64,000 nt of DNA, from contig DATKTN010000322.1 of the NCBI GenBank assembly GCA_035531135.1, forward strand, positions 458 to 64,457. The letters run 5' to 3'. The translations under genes were made by a program, and so were the position numbers. Shown in pieces: positions 37,567-47,264 of the stretch. Numbering within the stretch: position 1 is the first letter of the stretch; every line of letters begins with the position of its first letter. The notes beneath the pieces were generated by a model, which was given only the letters and a program-made list of their open reading frames with translations, made no database searches and was not told where the DNA came from. Origin of the DNA: Anaerolineae bacterium. Lineage in GTDB: Bacteria > Chloroflexota > Anaerolineae > B4-G1.

Positions 37567-40500
37567 CTATTCACAGGCATCGCCCCTCTGGGACCGACCA
37601 ACCTCCCCAAGAACCATCTCAATCTCCTCCATCAGTTCCCCGACAGAGAACGGCTTGCTCATGAAGCGAGCAGCGCCCAGTGCGAGCACCCTCTGTCGCT
37701 TCGCATCATCAATGATTGTGCTTCCCGTGAGGACGATGACAGGGATGTCCTGAGTGACCGGGTCGTCCTTCAACCGTCTCAGAACAGCTTGCCCATCCAC
37801 ATCTTGCATGTGTAGATCGAGCAGGATCAGAGCAGGTCGCACCTCACACGCCACACGCAGGGCACGCAAGCCCTGGCTCGTCGTCCGCACACCAAAGTCG
37901 TTGGCGCGCAGGATCTCTCGCATCAGCGACAGCGTATCCTCGTCATCGTCCACGACCAACACGGTGCCACGTCGCGCCAGCACTTTGCGCACCGCGTGCA
38001 GCAGACGCTGCTCGTCAATCGGCTTGGTCACGTAATCCACAGCGCCCAGCCGCAGGCACTCACCGCGATCCGGCAACACCGAGACAACGACCACTGGGAT
38101 GTCTTGGGTAGCGGGATCTGACTTTAACTCATCGAGCACGGTAAAGCCATCCACGTCCGGGAGCATGATATCGAGCGTGATCAAGTCAGGATGCTCCCGC
38201 TGCGCCATCTCAATCGCTTCATCGCCCCGCCGTGCGATCAGCACGCCCCGTCCATCCCTGGACAGGTGCAGTTGAATCAGCGTCGCGATGTCAGGGTCGT
38301 CTTCGATGACCAGCACCTTTGTCGGGACTGGTTCGGCACCCTCTCCGGTGCGAGCCACGCGTCTGGCTTCGACGGCAGGCAGGGTAAACGTGAAGGTGCT
38401 TCCCTCGCCCAGCTCACTATCCACCCAAATCCGCCCCCCGTGCATCTCGACCAGCGACCGGACAATGGGAAGGCCCAATCCCGTGCCCGGGGCATCCTGC
38501 ACCACCGGGTCATCAGCCCGGAAGAAGCTGTCAAACACCTTCTCCCTATCCTCCGGTGCCATGCCAATGCCCGTGTCACTCACTGAGACGTGCACCTCGT
38601 CGCCGTGCGAACAAGCCGACACGATCACCTCACCACCGGCCAGCGTGTAATTGACCGCGTTCGCGACCAGGTTGGTCAGAATCTGGACCACGCGATCTGG
38701 ATCAGCGACGACCGCGGGAAGCGCGGACGGCACAGATGACCCCAACGTCAACCCCCGTTCCACCGCTCGGGCCTCCATCGCCACGATGACCTGGTCCACT
38801 AATCCATCTAGGCGCACCACCTCAGGCGATAGTGCCACCCGCCCGCTCTCCATACGCGAGATATTCAGCAGATCGTTGACCAACATCGTCAGACGGTCGG
38901 TGTTGTTCTTGATGATGGACAGAAACTTGTGCTGATCGCCTGTCAACCCACCCACTGCTCCCATCAGGAGCAGTTCGACGTACCCCTTGATCGAGGTCAT
39001 CGGCGTGCGCAACTCGTGCGAAACTGTGGAGACGAACTCCTCCTTGGCCCGCTTGGCCTCCACCTCGGCGGTGACGTCACGGAAAACAGAGACGGTGCCC
39101 AGGAATTCGTCCCCCATCAGCACCGGCGCCAGGTGCACGCTGACGACGCGGTCTCCAATGTCCAACCGGGCAGCCAGGTACTCTTCCGTGGCGTAGGCCT
39201 TGGATTGCCCTGCCCATCTGACCACCGTCTCCATCCAGTCTCGCGCCTGGCTGCCGTACAACCCGAGCATCTCCCTGGTCGGCCGCCCCAGGGCCCTCTC
39301 TCGCGGCAATTCCAGAATACGCTCCGCTGCCGCGTTGAACAGGATGACCAACCCGTCGGCATCGGTCACGATCACCCCATCCGCGACACCTTCCAGAATG
39401 GCCTGGCTCTTGGCCGCCTCGACCTGGCGGGCCTTGAGCATGGCTCCCAGCCGCTCCGCTTGAGCACGAATCAGACCATATAGCTCAGCGTTGTTGATGG
39501 CATGGGCCACCTGGATGGCGGCAGTCTCGACCAGAACCAGATGATCCTCGTTAAAGTGATCGGGTTGAGCGTGGAACAAAAGTAGCGCACCCTGCACCTC
39601 ATCCCCACCCAGGAGGGGGACAGCCAGCGCCGAGCGGTATGTCTGCTCTCCGTTCCGCTGTTCCACCCAGCGTGGATCGTGTAGAACATCGGGCACGATG
39701 ACCGCTTCGCGGTGCTTGACCACCCAGCCCGCCAGCCCCACACCTCGAGAGAAGCGAGCGGGTAAGCCACCGGGTGGTAACCTGGCCCCTGTTCCCAGAG
39801 CCGCGCGGCAGATCAACTTCCCAGACCGCTCTACACAATCCGAAGTCACTGGCTCCAGCATCAGGATAGCTGCTCGTTCGGCTCCCACGGCCTCTAGGAC
39901 CAATTCCAGGGCGCGGTTCAGGACGTGATCCAGATCGAGGCTGATAGAAAGCTGGGAAGTGATGCGATAGAGCGTCTCAACCCGGTCACGCTCCTCGGTC
40001 AACTCCTCCATCGCCTCGGCCAGTTCCTGGGTCCGCTCCTCGACGCGCCGCTCCAGTTCCTGCGAAAACCGGCGCACTTGATCGAACAAGCGGGCGTTCT
40101 CCACTGCCACGGCTACCTGGTCAGCCAGCGCCGACAGCGTCGCCACCTCGGTCGTCGAGAACGTGTGAGGCTCCGCGCGGTCAACGCACAGGACACCTAC
40201 GACCTGATTCCCGACCGTGAGGGGAGCCAGGACCGTAGAGCCGATTTCAACCTCGACAGGGCCTGGTATGAAGCGTGGCTCCCGCCTGACGTCGTCAACT
40301 GCCAGCGGCATGCCACTCTCAGCCACCGCACCCGCCAGCCCCTCGCCCGGTGCGAACGTGACCGATTTGATGTGCTCAAGCGCGAATCCATACGCCGCTC
40401 TGGGCACATACTGACCGCTATCGGTATCCAGCAGGAAAATGCTGCTATGATTGCACTCAAGCAGTCGAGGGGCCATCTCAACGACGATGTTCAAGACCTC

Positions 40501-43302
40501 GCTCAGGTCCAGCTTGGCCGTGACCGAACGGCTGACCTCGTTGAACAACGCCAATGTCTCGGCGCGGAGCTGCAGGGCCTCTATCAGGTGGGCGTTTTCG
40601 ATAGCCAACCCTGCCTGGGCCGCGAAAATCTCCAGTGTCTCGACGGTGTCCAGATCGGGAATACGGCCATTGCGTGGCTGCCCCACAGACAGAAGACCCT
40701 GTACATCTCCACCAGGTCCGACGAGCGGGACGAGCAACATATCGCGGGGATGCCATCGCCCAGGCTCGCGTCTAGCCTCCTCGACCCCGTCCTCATATCC
40801 AATCACCCAGTCACGTCGATGGGTCTGTCGTTCAGCCGGAATGTAGTAACTTTGGCTGATACGGAACTCCTCGCTCATCAAATCCGCCACGACAGACCAG
40901 GGTTGCCTTACCTCCATAATACGCTCAAACTCAGCGATCGGGAGGCCGGCGGCAGCCACCCAGCGCTGGTCAGGCGGATTGCCGGCCAACACGCTGATCA
41001 GCACCAGATTGAAGGCGACGCTTTCCTGGATGGCGTATGCAATCTCCTCCAGTATCTCCTCCAAAGGCCGATCCGACCGCAGCGCCCGACTGACCTCCAG
41101 CACCTTCGCTAGCTGGTCCGCCCGGCGAAGCAGCAAATCCCCGCGCTCCAACTGCTCCTGGTATCGCTCCGCGTTGCCGATCGCTGTGGCCGCCTGAGGA
41201 GACAACCCCTCCACGAACTCGAGCACCCCCTGATCAAACGCCTCCCTCTCGGCGCTCTCCAGGATAATCAAACCCGCCGGGGACTCTTCGTAAAAGATCG
41301 GCACGACGAGCATCGAGCGAGTGTCCGGCCGAATGCTGATCTCGCCCCCATCAGCGGCCACGTCAGCGATGAGGAGCGACTGGTTCGTGCGAAACACCTT
41401 CGCCAGAACAGGATGGGCCTCCGGCGATTGTAGGACTGTGCGAATCTGATCCTCCTCCGTTTCTGAATAACCTGCGCAGACCTCCAGCCGCAGATCATGA
41501 CTCGCGGCCTTCCGCAGCACGATCGCGCCGCGCGTCGCCTGCCCCAGGCGCATCGCCTCTTCCAACACCAGGCGCAAAATACGCCCTAGATCGAGCGTCG
41601 CGTTGATCTCCCGGCTCACACGCTGGAGACCGCTCAATGCCTCCACCCGTCGCCGCAACTCCTCGTCTGTTTGTGTATACAGCCGGGCGTTCTCAATCGC
41701 AACCGCCGCCTGATCGGCGAGCACAGTCAGCAACTCGACCTCAGAATCGGAGAAGGTGTGTGGCTCGACAAACATGGCCGAGAGCATGCCGATGACGCGA
41801 TCGGCCCGCTTGAGTGGCAGACCAGCGCAGGCGCGGACCCCCTCCTGGATCGACGTCGGCACAAAGGCCAGCAAACGCTCGTCAGCCTGTAGATCCGAGC
41901 TGATCAATGGTTCCCCTGTCGCCATGGCATGTGCCCGCCCTCCGCGCTCCAGCGTGAGCACCTGCGATTCGGCGGCGCACTCCTCGCTCAGTCCCTGGGT
42001 CATCGCCAGACGCAGCACCTGTTGTGCCTCGTCCAACACGAAAATTGCCGAACACTGGCAGCCCACCACCTCCAGCACTGCCGAGGCGATGGCCTGGAGC
42101 ACACGCTCCAGATCGAGCGACTCGCTTACAGTGGCCGAGACCGTCGCGAGCGAGGCCAACTCAGACACCCGGTGCCGCATCTGGTCGTACAGGCGGCTGT
42201 TCTCGATGGCCCCGGCAACGTACCCGGCGACGGTCTTGAGCACCCGCACCTCTGCGCGTCCAAACCCACCCCTGCGGTCGCCCAGGTAGAGCTCACCAAT
42301 ACTACGATCCTTCAAACGCAGGGCTACGCCGGCAAAGTTCTGGACGTCGACTGCTGTGATGTGGGGGCGATAGGCCGGGATGATGTTGGAATCGTGCTCC
42401 ACGTCGTTGCAAAAGTAACTCCCGCCACGAGCAAAAATCGACCGTTCGAACCCCTCGGCGCTGGCGGGGATTCTGAACGTCTCCACCACCCTGCGGTCCG
42501 CGCCAGCAGACGCCAGGTAGCGCGCTACCAGAGCATCCTGCTCCTCGTCACACAGTAAGAGCACGCCTTTCTCCGCACCCAGTAGCCGGATCGTCTCGCC
42601 CATCACCCGGTCCAGCAGCTCATCCAGATCCAGTGTCGAACTGGCAAGCGCAGCAATGCGGGCCAACCCCGCCTGCTGTTCCTCGCGCCGCCGGGCCTCC
42701 TCGTATAGGTGGGCATTCTCAATGGCAACTGCCGCCTGGTTGACAACGGCCTGAAGCACCTCCAAGTCGTGCCCCGACCAGGCATCCTTTTGATAACTGA
42801 CCAACTCAAGTGTACCGACGAAGCGACCCCGGATTTGCAGGGGGATGCCGACGTACGACCGGAAGGGGTACTCTGGCGTATCCAGCTTGGGACGCACGTC
42901 GTGCCGAGCTTGAACGTCGGGGATAAACAGCGAGCGCTGATGGCGGGCGATCCAACCTGTATACCCCTCGTCAAGACAATAGGTTCCCCCAGCCTCCCAG
43001 GCATAAGCCTCATCGCCCCCCCATCCACGGGTGACACAGCATTGTCGATCCTCATCCCAGAGCGTGATCTCGGCAATGTCGTAGGGGACGAGTTGACAGG
43101 TGCTCGACAAGATGGCGTCCAACGTCGCCTTCAAGTCCAGCCTGTCCTGAATCGTGTCCCCAGCGCGATCCAATTTCACTGGCTCGCCTGACGATCGCTG
43201 GGGCAACGCTTCGCCCAGCCTATCCTGCCCTCTAGTCAGTCCGAATCTCCTCACTATATCAGGCATTCGTCCAGAACGCTGCAGACCTCGTAACCTTTGC
43301 AC
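37567..43302 (-). CDS. Giant hybrid sensor histidine kinase: multiple GAF domains, PAS, HisKA, HATPase_c and two receiver domains
   Basis: 1911 aa from a GTG start. There are at least 7 GAF-like repeats (recurring motifs VL.LADQAAVAIENARL), then a PAS segment (EGVADGVIVTDADG), HisKA (VSHELRTPMTSIKGY), HATPase (GTGLGLPIVRSLVEMHGG) and two REC domains (KVLVIEDDPDIA...; TVLVVDDDEDT...). The start codon is uncertain; an alternative ATG lies at 43266. Confidence 0.8.
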   Translation of the reverse strand: MQRLRGLQRSGRMPDIVRRFGLTRGQDRLGEALPQRSSGEPVKLDRAGDTIQDRLDLKATLDAILSSTCQLVPYDIAEITLWDEDRQCCVTRGWGGDEAYAWEAGGTYCLDEGYTGWIARHQRSLFIPDVQARHDVRPKLDTPEYPFRSYVGIPLQIRGRFVGTLELVSYQKDAWSGHDLEVLQAVVNQAAVAIENAHLYEEARRREEQQAGLARIAALASSTLDLDELLDRVMGETIRLLGAEKGVLLLCDEEQDALVARYLASAGADRRVVETFRIPASAEGFERSIFARGGSYFCNDVEHDSNIIPAYRPHITAVDVQNFAGVALRLKDRSIGELYLGDRRGGFGRAEVRVLKTVAGYVAGAIENSRLYDQMRHRVSELASLATVSATVSESLDLERVLQAIASAVLEVVGCQCSAIFVLDEAQQVLRLAMTQGLSEECAAESQVLTLERGGRAHAMATGEPLISSDLQADERLLAFVPTSIQEGVRACAGLPLKRADRVIGMLSAMFVEPHTFSDSEVELLTVLADQAAVAIENARLYTQTDEELRRRVEALSGLQRVSREINATLDLGRILRLVLEEAMRLGQATRGAIVLRKAASHDLRLEVCAGYSETEEDQIRTVLQSPEAHPVLAKVFRTNQSLLIADVAADGGEISIRPDTRSMLVVPIFYEESPAGLIILESAEREAFDQGVLEFVEGLSPQAATAIGNAERYQEQLERGDLLLRRADQLAKVLEVSRALRSDRPLEEILEEIAYAIQESVAFNLVLISVLAGNPPDQRWVAAAGLPIAEFERIMEVRQPWSVVADLMSEEFRISQSYYIPAERQTHRRDWVIGYEDGVEEARREPGRWHPRDMLLVPLVGPGGDVQGLLSVGQPRNGRIPDLDTVETLEIFAAQAGLAIENAHLIEALQLRAETLALFNEVSRSVTAKLDLSEVLNIVVEMAPRLLECNHSSIFLLDTDSGQYVPRAAYGFALEHIKSVTFAPGEGLAGAVAESGMPLAVDDVRREPRFIPGPVEVEIGSTVLAPLTVGNQVVGVLCVDRAEPHTFSTTEVATLSALADQVAVAVENARLFDQVRRFSQELERRVEERTQELAEAMEELTEERDRVETLYRITSQLSISLDLDHVLNRALELVLEAVGAERAAILMLEPVTSDCVERSGKLICRAALGTGARLPPGGLPARFSRGVGLAGWVVKHREAVIVPDVLHDPRWVEQRNGEQTYRSALAVPLLGGDEVQGALLLFHAQPDHFNEDHLVLVETAAIQVAHAINNAELYGLIRAQAERLGAMLKARQVEAAKSQAILEGVADGVIVTDADGLVILFNAAAERILELPRERALGRPTREMLGLYGSQARDWMETVVRWAGQSKAYATEEYLAARLDIGDRVVSVHLAPVLMGDEFLGTVSVFRDVTAEVEAKRAKEEFVSTVSHELRTPMTSIKGYVELLLMGAVGGLTGDQHKFLSIIKNNTDRLTMLVNDLLNISRMESGRVALSPEVVRLDGLVDQVIVAMEARAVERGLTLGSSVPSALPAVVADPDRVVQILTNLVANAVNYTLAGGEVIVSACSHGDEVHVSVSDTGIGMAPEDREKVFDSFFRADDPVVQDAPGTGLGLPIVRSLVEMHGGRIWVDSELGEGSTFTFTLPAVEARRVARTGEGAEPVPTKVLVIEDDPDIATLIQLHLSRDGRGVLIARRGDEAIEMAQREHPDLITLDIMLPDVDGFTVLDELKSDPATQDIPVVVVSVLPDRGECLRLGAVDYVTKPIDEQRLLHAVRKVLARRGTVLVVDDDEDTLSLMREILRANDFGVRTTSQGLRALRVACEVRPALILLDLHMQDVDGQAVLRRLKDDPVTQDIPVIVLTGSTIIDDAKRQRVLALGAARFMSKPFSVGELMEEIEMVLGEVGRSQRGDACE

Positions 43303-43369
43303 ACCCCAGCGTGGCGAATGGAAGCGCCATTTCGGCTCCCATCAGCACCGGAAACGTGCAAAATCAGGC

Positions 43370-44248
43370 TCAGCGCCGGGCACTGGCGGCTACCTCAGTG
43401 ATCTCTCGAATATCGGCGAAGGGGCCGTCATCGGCCGTCACCAAACCGATAGAGAAGCTCATCAGGTCCGCTTTGGTCTCGTTGCCTGCCTTGTCGCGCA
43501 CGCTCAGGTAACCCTGCTGCCGCGTCGACCAGTCGTAGTGCGTCCCTATGTCTGCGTCGAACCGCTGCTGAATATCTTCTACGATAGGCGCGACCAGATC
43601 CTTCTCCGTAATGACGATGAAATCATCACCACCAATGTGACCGATGAAATCATTGGGCGTTCCCACACCATCCACCGCCCTGCCCAGAACCATAGCGGCG
43701 AAGCGTAGCACCTCCTCACCGGCCACGAAGCCATACACCTCGCCGAACGCGCTGAATCCCCGGATACCCACGTAAATGATGCCCCAATCATCTCGACGCA
43801 TCAGTTGCCGCAATTGATCCTCAATCAGCCGGCCGCTGGGCAGACCAGTTGTGGGGTTGGTCAGGCTTTCGTATTGCGCCCGCGCCATAGCGTTCTTGAC
43901 CCGCAGCTTGAGTTCCTCCAAGTCGAATGGCTTGGTGATATAGTCATCAGCGCCCAACTCAAGGCCGTGAATCTTGTCCGAACGCTCATCTTTCTGGGTC
44001 AGAAAAACGATCGGAATGTGGCTGGTACGCAAGTTGCCCCGCAACTCGCGACATACGTCATAGCCATCCATGTCGGGCAACATAATATCCAGCACAATAA
44101 TGTGGGGCAGTTGTTGTCGGCACATCTCCAGCGCATCCTCACCGCGCTGGGCCACCGCCACCTCGTAGCTCTGCGACTGAAAGTAAATACGCAGCATATT
44201 GGAGATGTCAGGATCATCCTCCACGATCATCATTCTACCTGGGGACAT
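43370..44248 (-). CDS. Response regulator with a GGDEF (diguanylate cyclase-like) output domain; motif variant GGDDF
   Basis: The ATG at 44248 follows AAGGAGGG. The receiver is MMIVEDDPDI...IVLDIMLPDMDG...YITKPF. The GGDEF domain runs TGLPSGRLIED...HIGGDDFIVI, and I see no RxxD I-site. Confidence 0.8.
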   Translation of the reverse strand: MSPGRMMIVEDDPDISNMLRIYFQSQSYEVAVAQRGEDALEMCRQQLPHIIVLDIMLPDMDGYDVCRELRGNLRTSHIPIVFLTQKDERSDKIHGLELGADDYITKPFDLEELKLRVKNAMARAQYESLTNPTTGLPSGRLIEDQLRQLMRRDDWGIIYVGIRGFSAFGEVYGFVAGEEVLRFAAMVLGRAVDGVGTPNDFIGHIGGDDFIVITEKDLVAPIVEDIQQRFDADIGTHYDWSTRQQGYLSVRDKAGNETKADLMSFSIGLVTADDGPFADIREITEVAASARR

Positions 44249-44262
44249 GTTCCCTCCTTCTA

Positions 44263-45276
44263 TCAACCGATGGCCGATAGCCTGAAACCATGCTCGCGAG
44301 CCAGGTGCGCCATTTCGCGCACCTGATCGAGTCGAATATCCTTCCCTAGCGAGTAACTCTCATATCGCCCCTCCAGCGCCAGCACCATCGTTTCCGCCAT
44401 ACAGGCGTAGACCTTGCCAGGCGGGAGGCCAAAGTCAAAGCCGAAATCTACCTCGCCGGGCACATCCACCACCCCTCCCTCGATGACCAGCACGTCGTCT
44501 CGCTCCCGAACCACCCGAGGTGACACGTCCGATGGCTGAGCCACATCGCACACAACTGCGCCGCGCTGGAGATGCTCCGGCTGAATGACCGGCCCGGGGG
44601 CGTTGGTGGCGCTCAGCACCATACGTGCCTGACGGACGTCCTCAACACGCGTCGAAACACGCACCACACGCCCTCCGGCCTCCCTGACCTGTGCCTGCAC
44701 CTCTTCCAGGCGAGATTCTCGGCGGCCAATCAGAACGAGTTCAGCCACTATCGGAGCGAGCAATTGGGCACACGCCGAGCCAACACTCCCCGACGCCCCG
44801 ACGACCGCCACGGCGGACGACTCCGGCCGGACCCCTCTGCAACGTGCAGCCTCACACAACGCCTCGACGGCGACGGCCACGGTGAGGCTGCGACCCGTCG
44901 TGACAGGGATGCTCAAACGCCGCGCGACCGTCACTCCGCCATCGCCAACCACGGATGTGAAGGCAAGCAGTCCTAGGATACGAGCCCCCAGGCTGTGCGC
45001 CATACGGCCGGTCCGAACGATCTTGTCGTAGGCTGTATGAGGCGACATCTGCAACATCTGCCGCGCAGTGAATGGGCAAGCCACCAACCACCCCTCAACC
45101 TCCTTACCCGTCGCCTCCGAGCACACCCCGGTGACGTGCGAAAGATAGACCGGCGGCCAGAAGCGGGAGAAGAAGTGGATCAGGCGCATAGGCAATACCC
45201 GTGCCAGCAGCGGATACTTGCGCGCCACGTCCCGCTTGGGGTTGAGCGGATGAATCATCAGAGCAAAGGTGTCCAT
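44263..45276 (-). CDS. COG5322-family dehydrogenase resembling cyanobacterial acyl-ACP reductase (AAR); annotated elsewhere as shikimate/quinate dehydrogenase-like
   Basis: The start MDTFALMIHPLNP (ATG at 45276) matches the AAR N-terminus MFGLIGHLT. Other matches are VAVVGASGSVGSACAQLL (a Rossmann loop, as in AAR AVVGATGDIGSAV), VYACMAETMVLALEG (compare MFACFAEAMLLEFEG) and the C-terminal HGFRLSAI (compare HGFQPLAL). Confidence 0.6.
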   Translation of the reverse strand: MDTFALMIHPLNPKRDVARKYPLLARVLPMRLIHFFSRFWPPVYLSHVTGVCSEATGKEVEGWLVACPFTARQMLQMSPHTAYDKIVRTGRMAHSLGARILGLLAFTSVVGDGGVTVARRLSIPVTTGRSLTVAVAVEALCEAARCRGVRPESSAVAVVGASGSVGSACAQLLAPIVAELVLIGRRESRLEEVQAQVREAGGRVVRVSTRVEDVRQARMVLSATNAPGPVIQPEHLQRGAVVCDVAQPSDVSPRVVRERDDVLVIEGGVVDVPGEVDFGFDFGLPPGKVYACMAETMVLALEGRYESYSLGKDIRLDQVREMAHLAREHGFRLSAIG

Positions 45277-45292
45277 ACTCTCTTGTCCAGAT

Positions 45293-46543
45293 TCAACGCT
45301 CATACATCCTGACATGCAGATCTACTCCGCCCTCGATGGCAGGATGATCGCTGTCCTCCCAGTACACAGTTCGATCAATCACACGCCTCTCAGGCGAAGC
45401 AAACAGGATCACATCCGACTCGATGGCCCGCCCCGGATACACGACCATGCCCGAGCCTATGAAACAGTTGTGGCCCACACAGCCACCCAACACGGGCATA
45501 CCCGTCTCCTCCAATTCCTCTCCACGCACCGCCCGGATGGGTTTGCGCACCAGGTTCAAATCGGTAAAGGTATTGCCCGCACCGATGAAGGTACTGCGGC
45601 CAACACTACAGAACTGCAGGCACGTGTTCTGCGCCACCATCGAATCTTCCATCATCACGCTCATAAAGAGCGCCGCTCGAAAGGGAAGGAAACATCGATC
45701 CGAGACCACGCTGAGCATGACCTGAGCCCCCGTCATGATGTCCACGTTGTCTCCGATGACAGAGACGTCAATGACAGCCCCTGGGCCAATGCTCACGTTA
45801 TCGCCAATATACGTCGGTCCCTTGATGATGGCAGTGGGATCGATGCTACAGTTGCGACCTATGTGCACCAACTCGGAGGAAGAGAGAACCTGCTTCCGCT
45901 CCAACATCGCGCGCCACGTTATTTTGAGTTGCTCGCCCACATTGGACTCAAGTTCGCGATCCCGCCGCGCTGCTTGAGCGTACACCCCAAAGACGACGTT
46001 GGCGATGATGGTGTGAACCCAATGCTCAATAGAACAAAACGCCTTGGTGGGCACCTGGTATATCAGGTCGCCTTTATCATTGGACATGTGGGTCGGGACG
46101 TGGTAGTACCCCATCTCGTGGGCTTGGGTGTCCATTACCAGTGGGGACACCAGGGGCTCGACGCCGTGCGGGAAATACCACATATCAGCGGTGTACACGT
46201 CCCCTTTTCGATGGATCCCCCGCTGCAGGTGAATGGCATGGGACGTGATCGCACGGTCACTCAGCGCAAAGGCGACTCGACATGCCTTGCCCGACGTCCG
46301 AGCCTGCTGAATGAACTCGTCCAGGAAGAACCGATCAAAGAACAGATTGTCCCGATAGACCAACGTCTCCACCTGCTGGGAATCAACGTCGGTCAGAGAA
46401 TCGACCTCACGTTCCTCTGTCGTGTAGGGCGCTAGCACGTCCCGCTGATAGAGCCACAGCGGCTTGTTAAGCACACGCAGTTTACGGGCGGGCTCGTTAA
46501 ATGGGAATATCTTACGTCGGTCTGACAAAATGATCTTGCGCAT
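45293..46543 (-). CDS. Nucleotidyltransferase-like (degenerate, no GxGTR loop) plus left-handed beta-helix (hexapeptide repeat) protein
   Basis: The N-terminus KIILSDRRKIFPFNEPARKLRVLNKPL aligns with the sugar-nucleotidyltransferase consensus VILAGGxGTRLxPLTxxxPKPLLPVxxKPL but lacks the glycine-rich loop. The C-terminus carries hexapeptide repeats (IGDNVSIGPGAVIDVSVIGDNVDI...FIGSGMVVYPG). Confidence 0.5.
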   Translation of the reverse strand: MRKIILSDRRKIFPFNEPARKLRVLNKPLWLYQRDVLAPYTTEEREVDSLTDVDSQQVETLVYRDNLFFDRFFLDEFIQQARTSGKACRVAFALSDRAITSHAIHLQRGIHRKGDVYTADMWYFPHGVEPLVSPLVMDTQAHEMGYYHVPTHMSNDKGDLIYQVPTKAFCSIEHWVHTIIANVVFGVYAQAARRDRELESNVGEQLKITWRAMLERKQVLSSSELVHIGRNCSIDPTAIIKGPTYIGDNVSIGPGAVIDVSVIGDNVDIMTGAQVMLSVVSDRCFLPFRAALFMSVMMEDSMVAQNTCLQFCSVGRSTFIGAGNTFTDLNLVRKPIRAVRGEELEETGMPVLGGCVGHNCFIGSGMVVYPGRAIESDVILFASPERRVIDRTVYWEDSDHPAIEGGVDLHVRMYER

Positions 46544-46551
46544 CTACTCGC

Positions 46552-47259
46552 TCAGTCCAGTGGACGCCTGCCAACCAGAATAGTACACGTGGGGTCGCCA
46601 GCGGCAATGCATGATATCTCCTCGACGTAAAAGTTCCTGCCACCGCTCACCCAATACAGTCCCTCCTCCAGAATGCCCACAATCAGGTGACAGCAGGGCA
46701 ATCCACTCTTGCGTCCCCAACACACGCCACAACGCTCCATAATCCAGTGAAAATACTGCTCATCCTCACCCAATCGCACCACGTGATCGGTGAACTTGTT
46801 CAACGTCTGAGCCAGGACCTCCAAACCCACCTTGAGTTTCATTCCCAGGGGCAGAATGCGAAAAGTCAGATCTGCGATACCCAGCATCGGGCTAAAGTCC
46901 TTGATCCCCAACCGAAAACAGGAGTGACCAGCCCGCCGTGCCAGACCACGTCCACCGCGCGGCCCATACATCTCGTCCAGTGCCTGCAGCAGTTGCGCGA
47001 GCTCATGGAAGGCAAACTCCTCGGCAAAGTCATTCGGCGGATAGTTTCCAATACGATGCTGAAGCCGGGCCAGGTTCAGGATCGCATTCACCCCATTGCG
47101 ACCCATCACCTCCTCCATCGCCAGGAAGACGATCCGTCCCATTTTATTGGGATAGAAATACTGCAACGATCCCTGAAGCGGCGACACAGGTCCACTCGTC
47201 ATGCGAATGCTTGTCCTTTGCTCTCCTGACGCATCAACGCTCAACCGGACTCCCTCCAA
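46552..47259 (-). CDS. V4R-domain protein (COG1719 'hydrocarbon-binding' family)
   Basis: The C-terminal GVCWGRKSGLPCCHLIVGILEEGLYWVSGGRNFYVEEISCIAAGDPTCTI fits the V4R cysteine pattern. The ORF as drawn has a TTG start; alternative internal ATG starts exist (e.g. 47202). Confidence 0.55.
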   Translation of the reverse strand: MEGVRLSVDASGEQRTSIRMTSGPVSPLQGSLQYFYPNKMGRIVFLAMEEVMGRNGVNAILNLARLQHRIGNYPPNDFAEEFAFHELAQLLQALDEMYGPRGGRGLARRAGHSCFRLGIKDFSPMLGIADLTFRILPLGMKLKVGLEVLAQTLNKFTDHVVRLGEDEQYFHWIMERCGVCWGRKSGLPCCHLIVGILEEGLYWVSGGRNFYVEEISCIAAGDPTCTILVGRRPLD

Positions 47260-47264
47260 TCACA

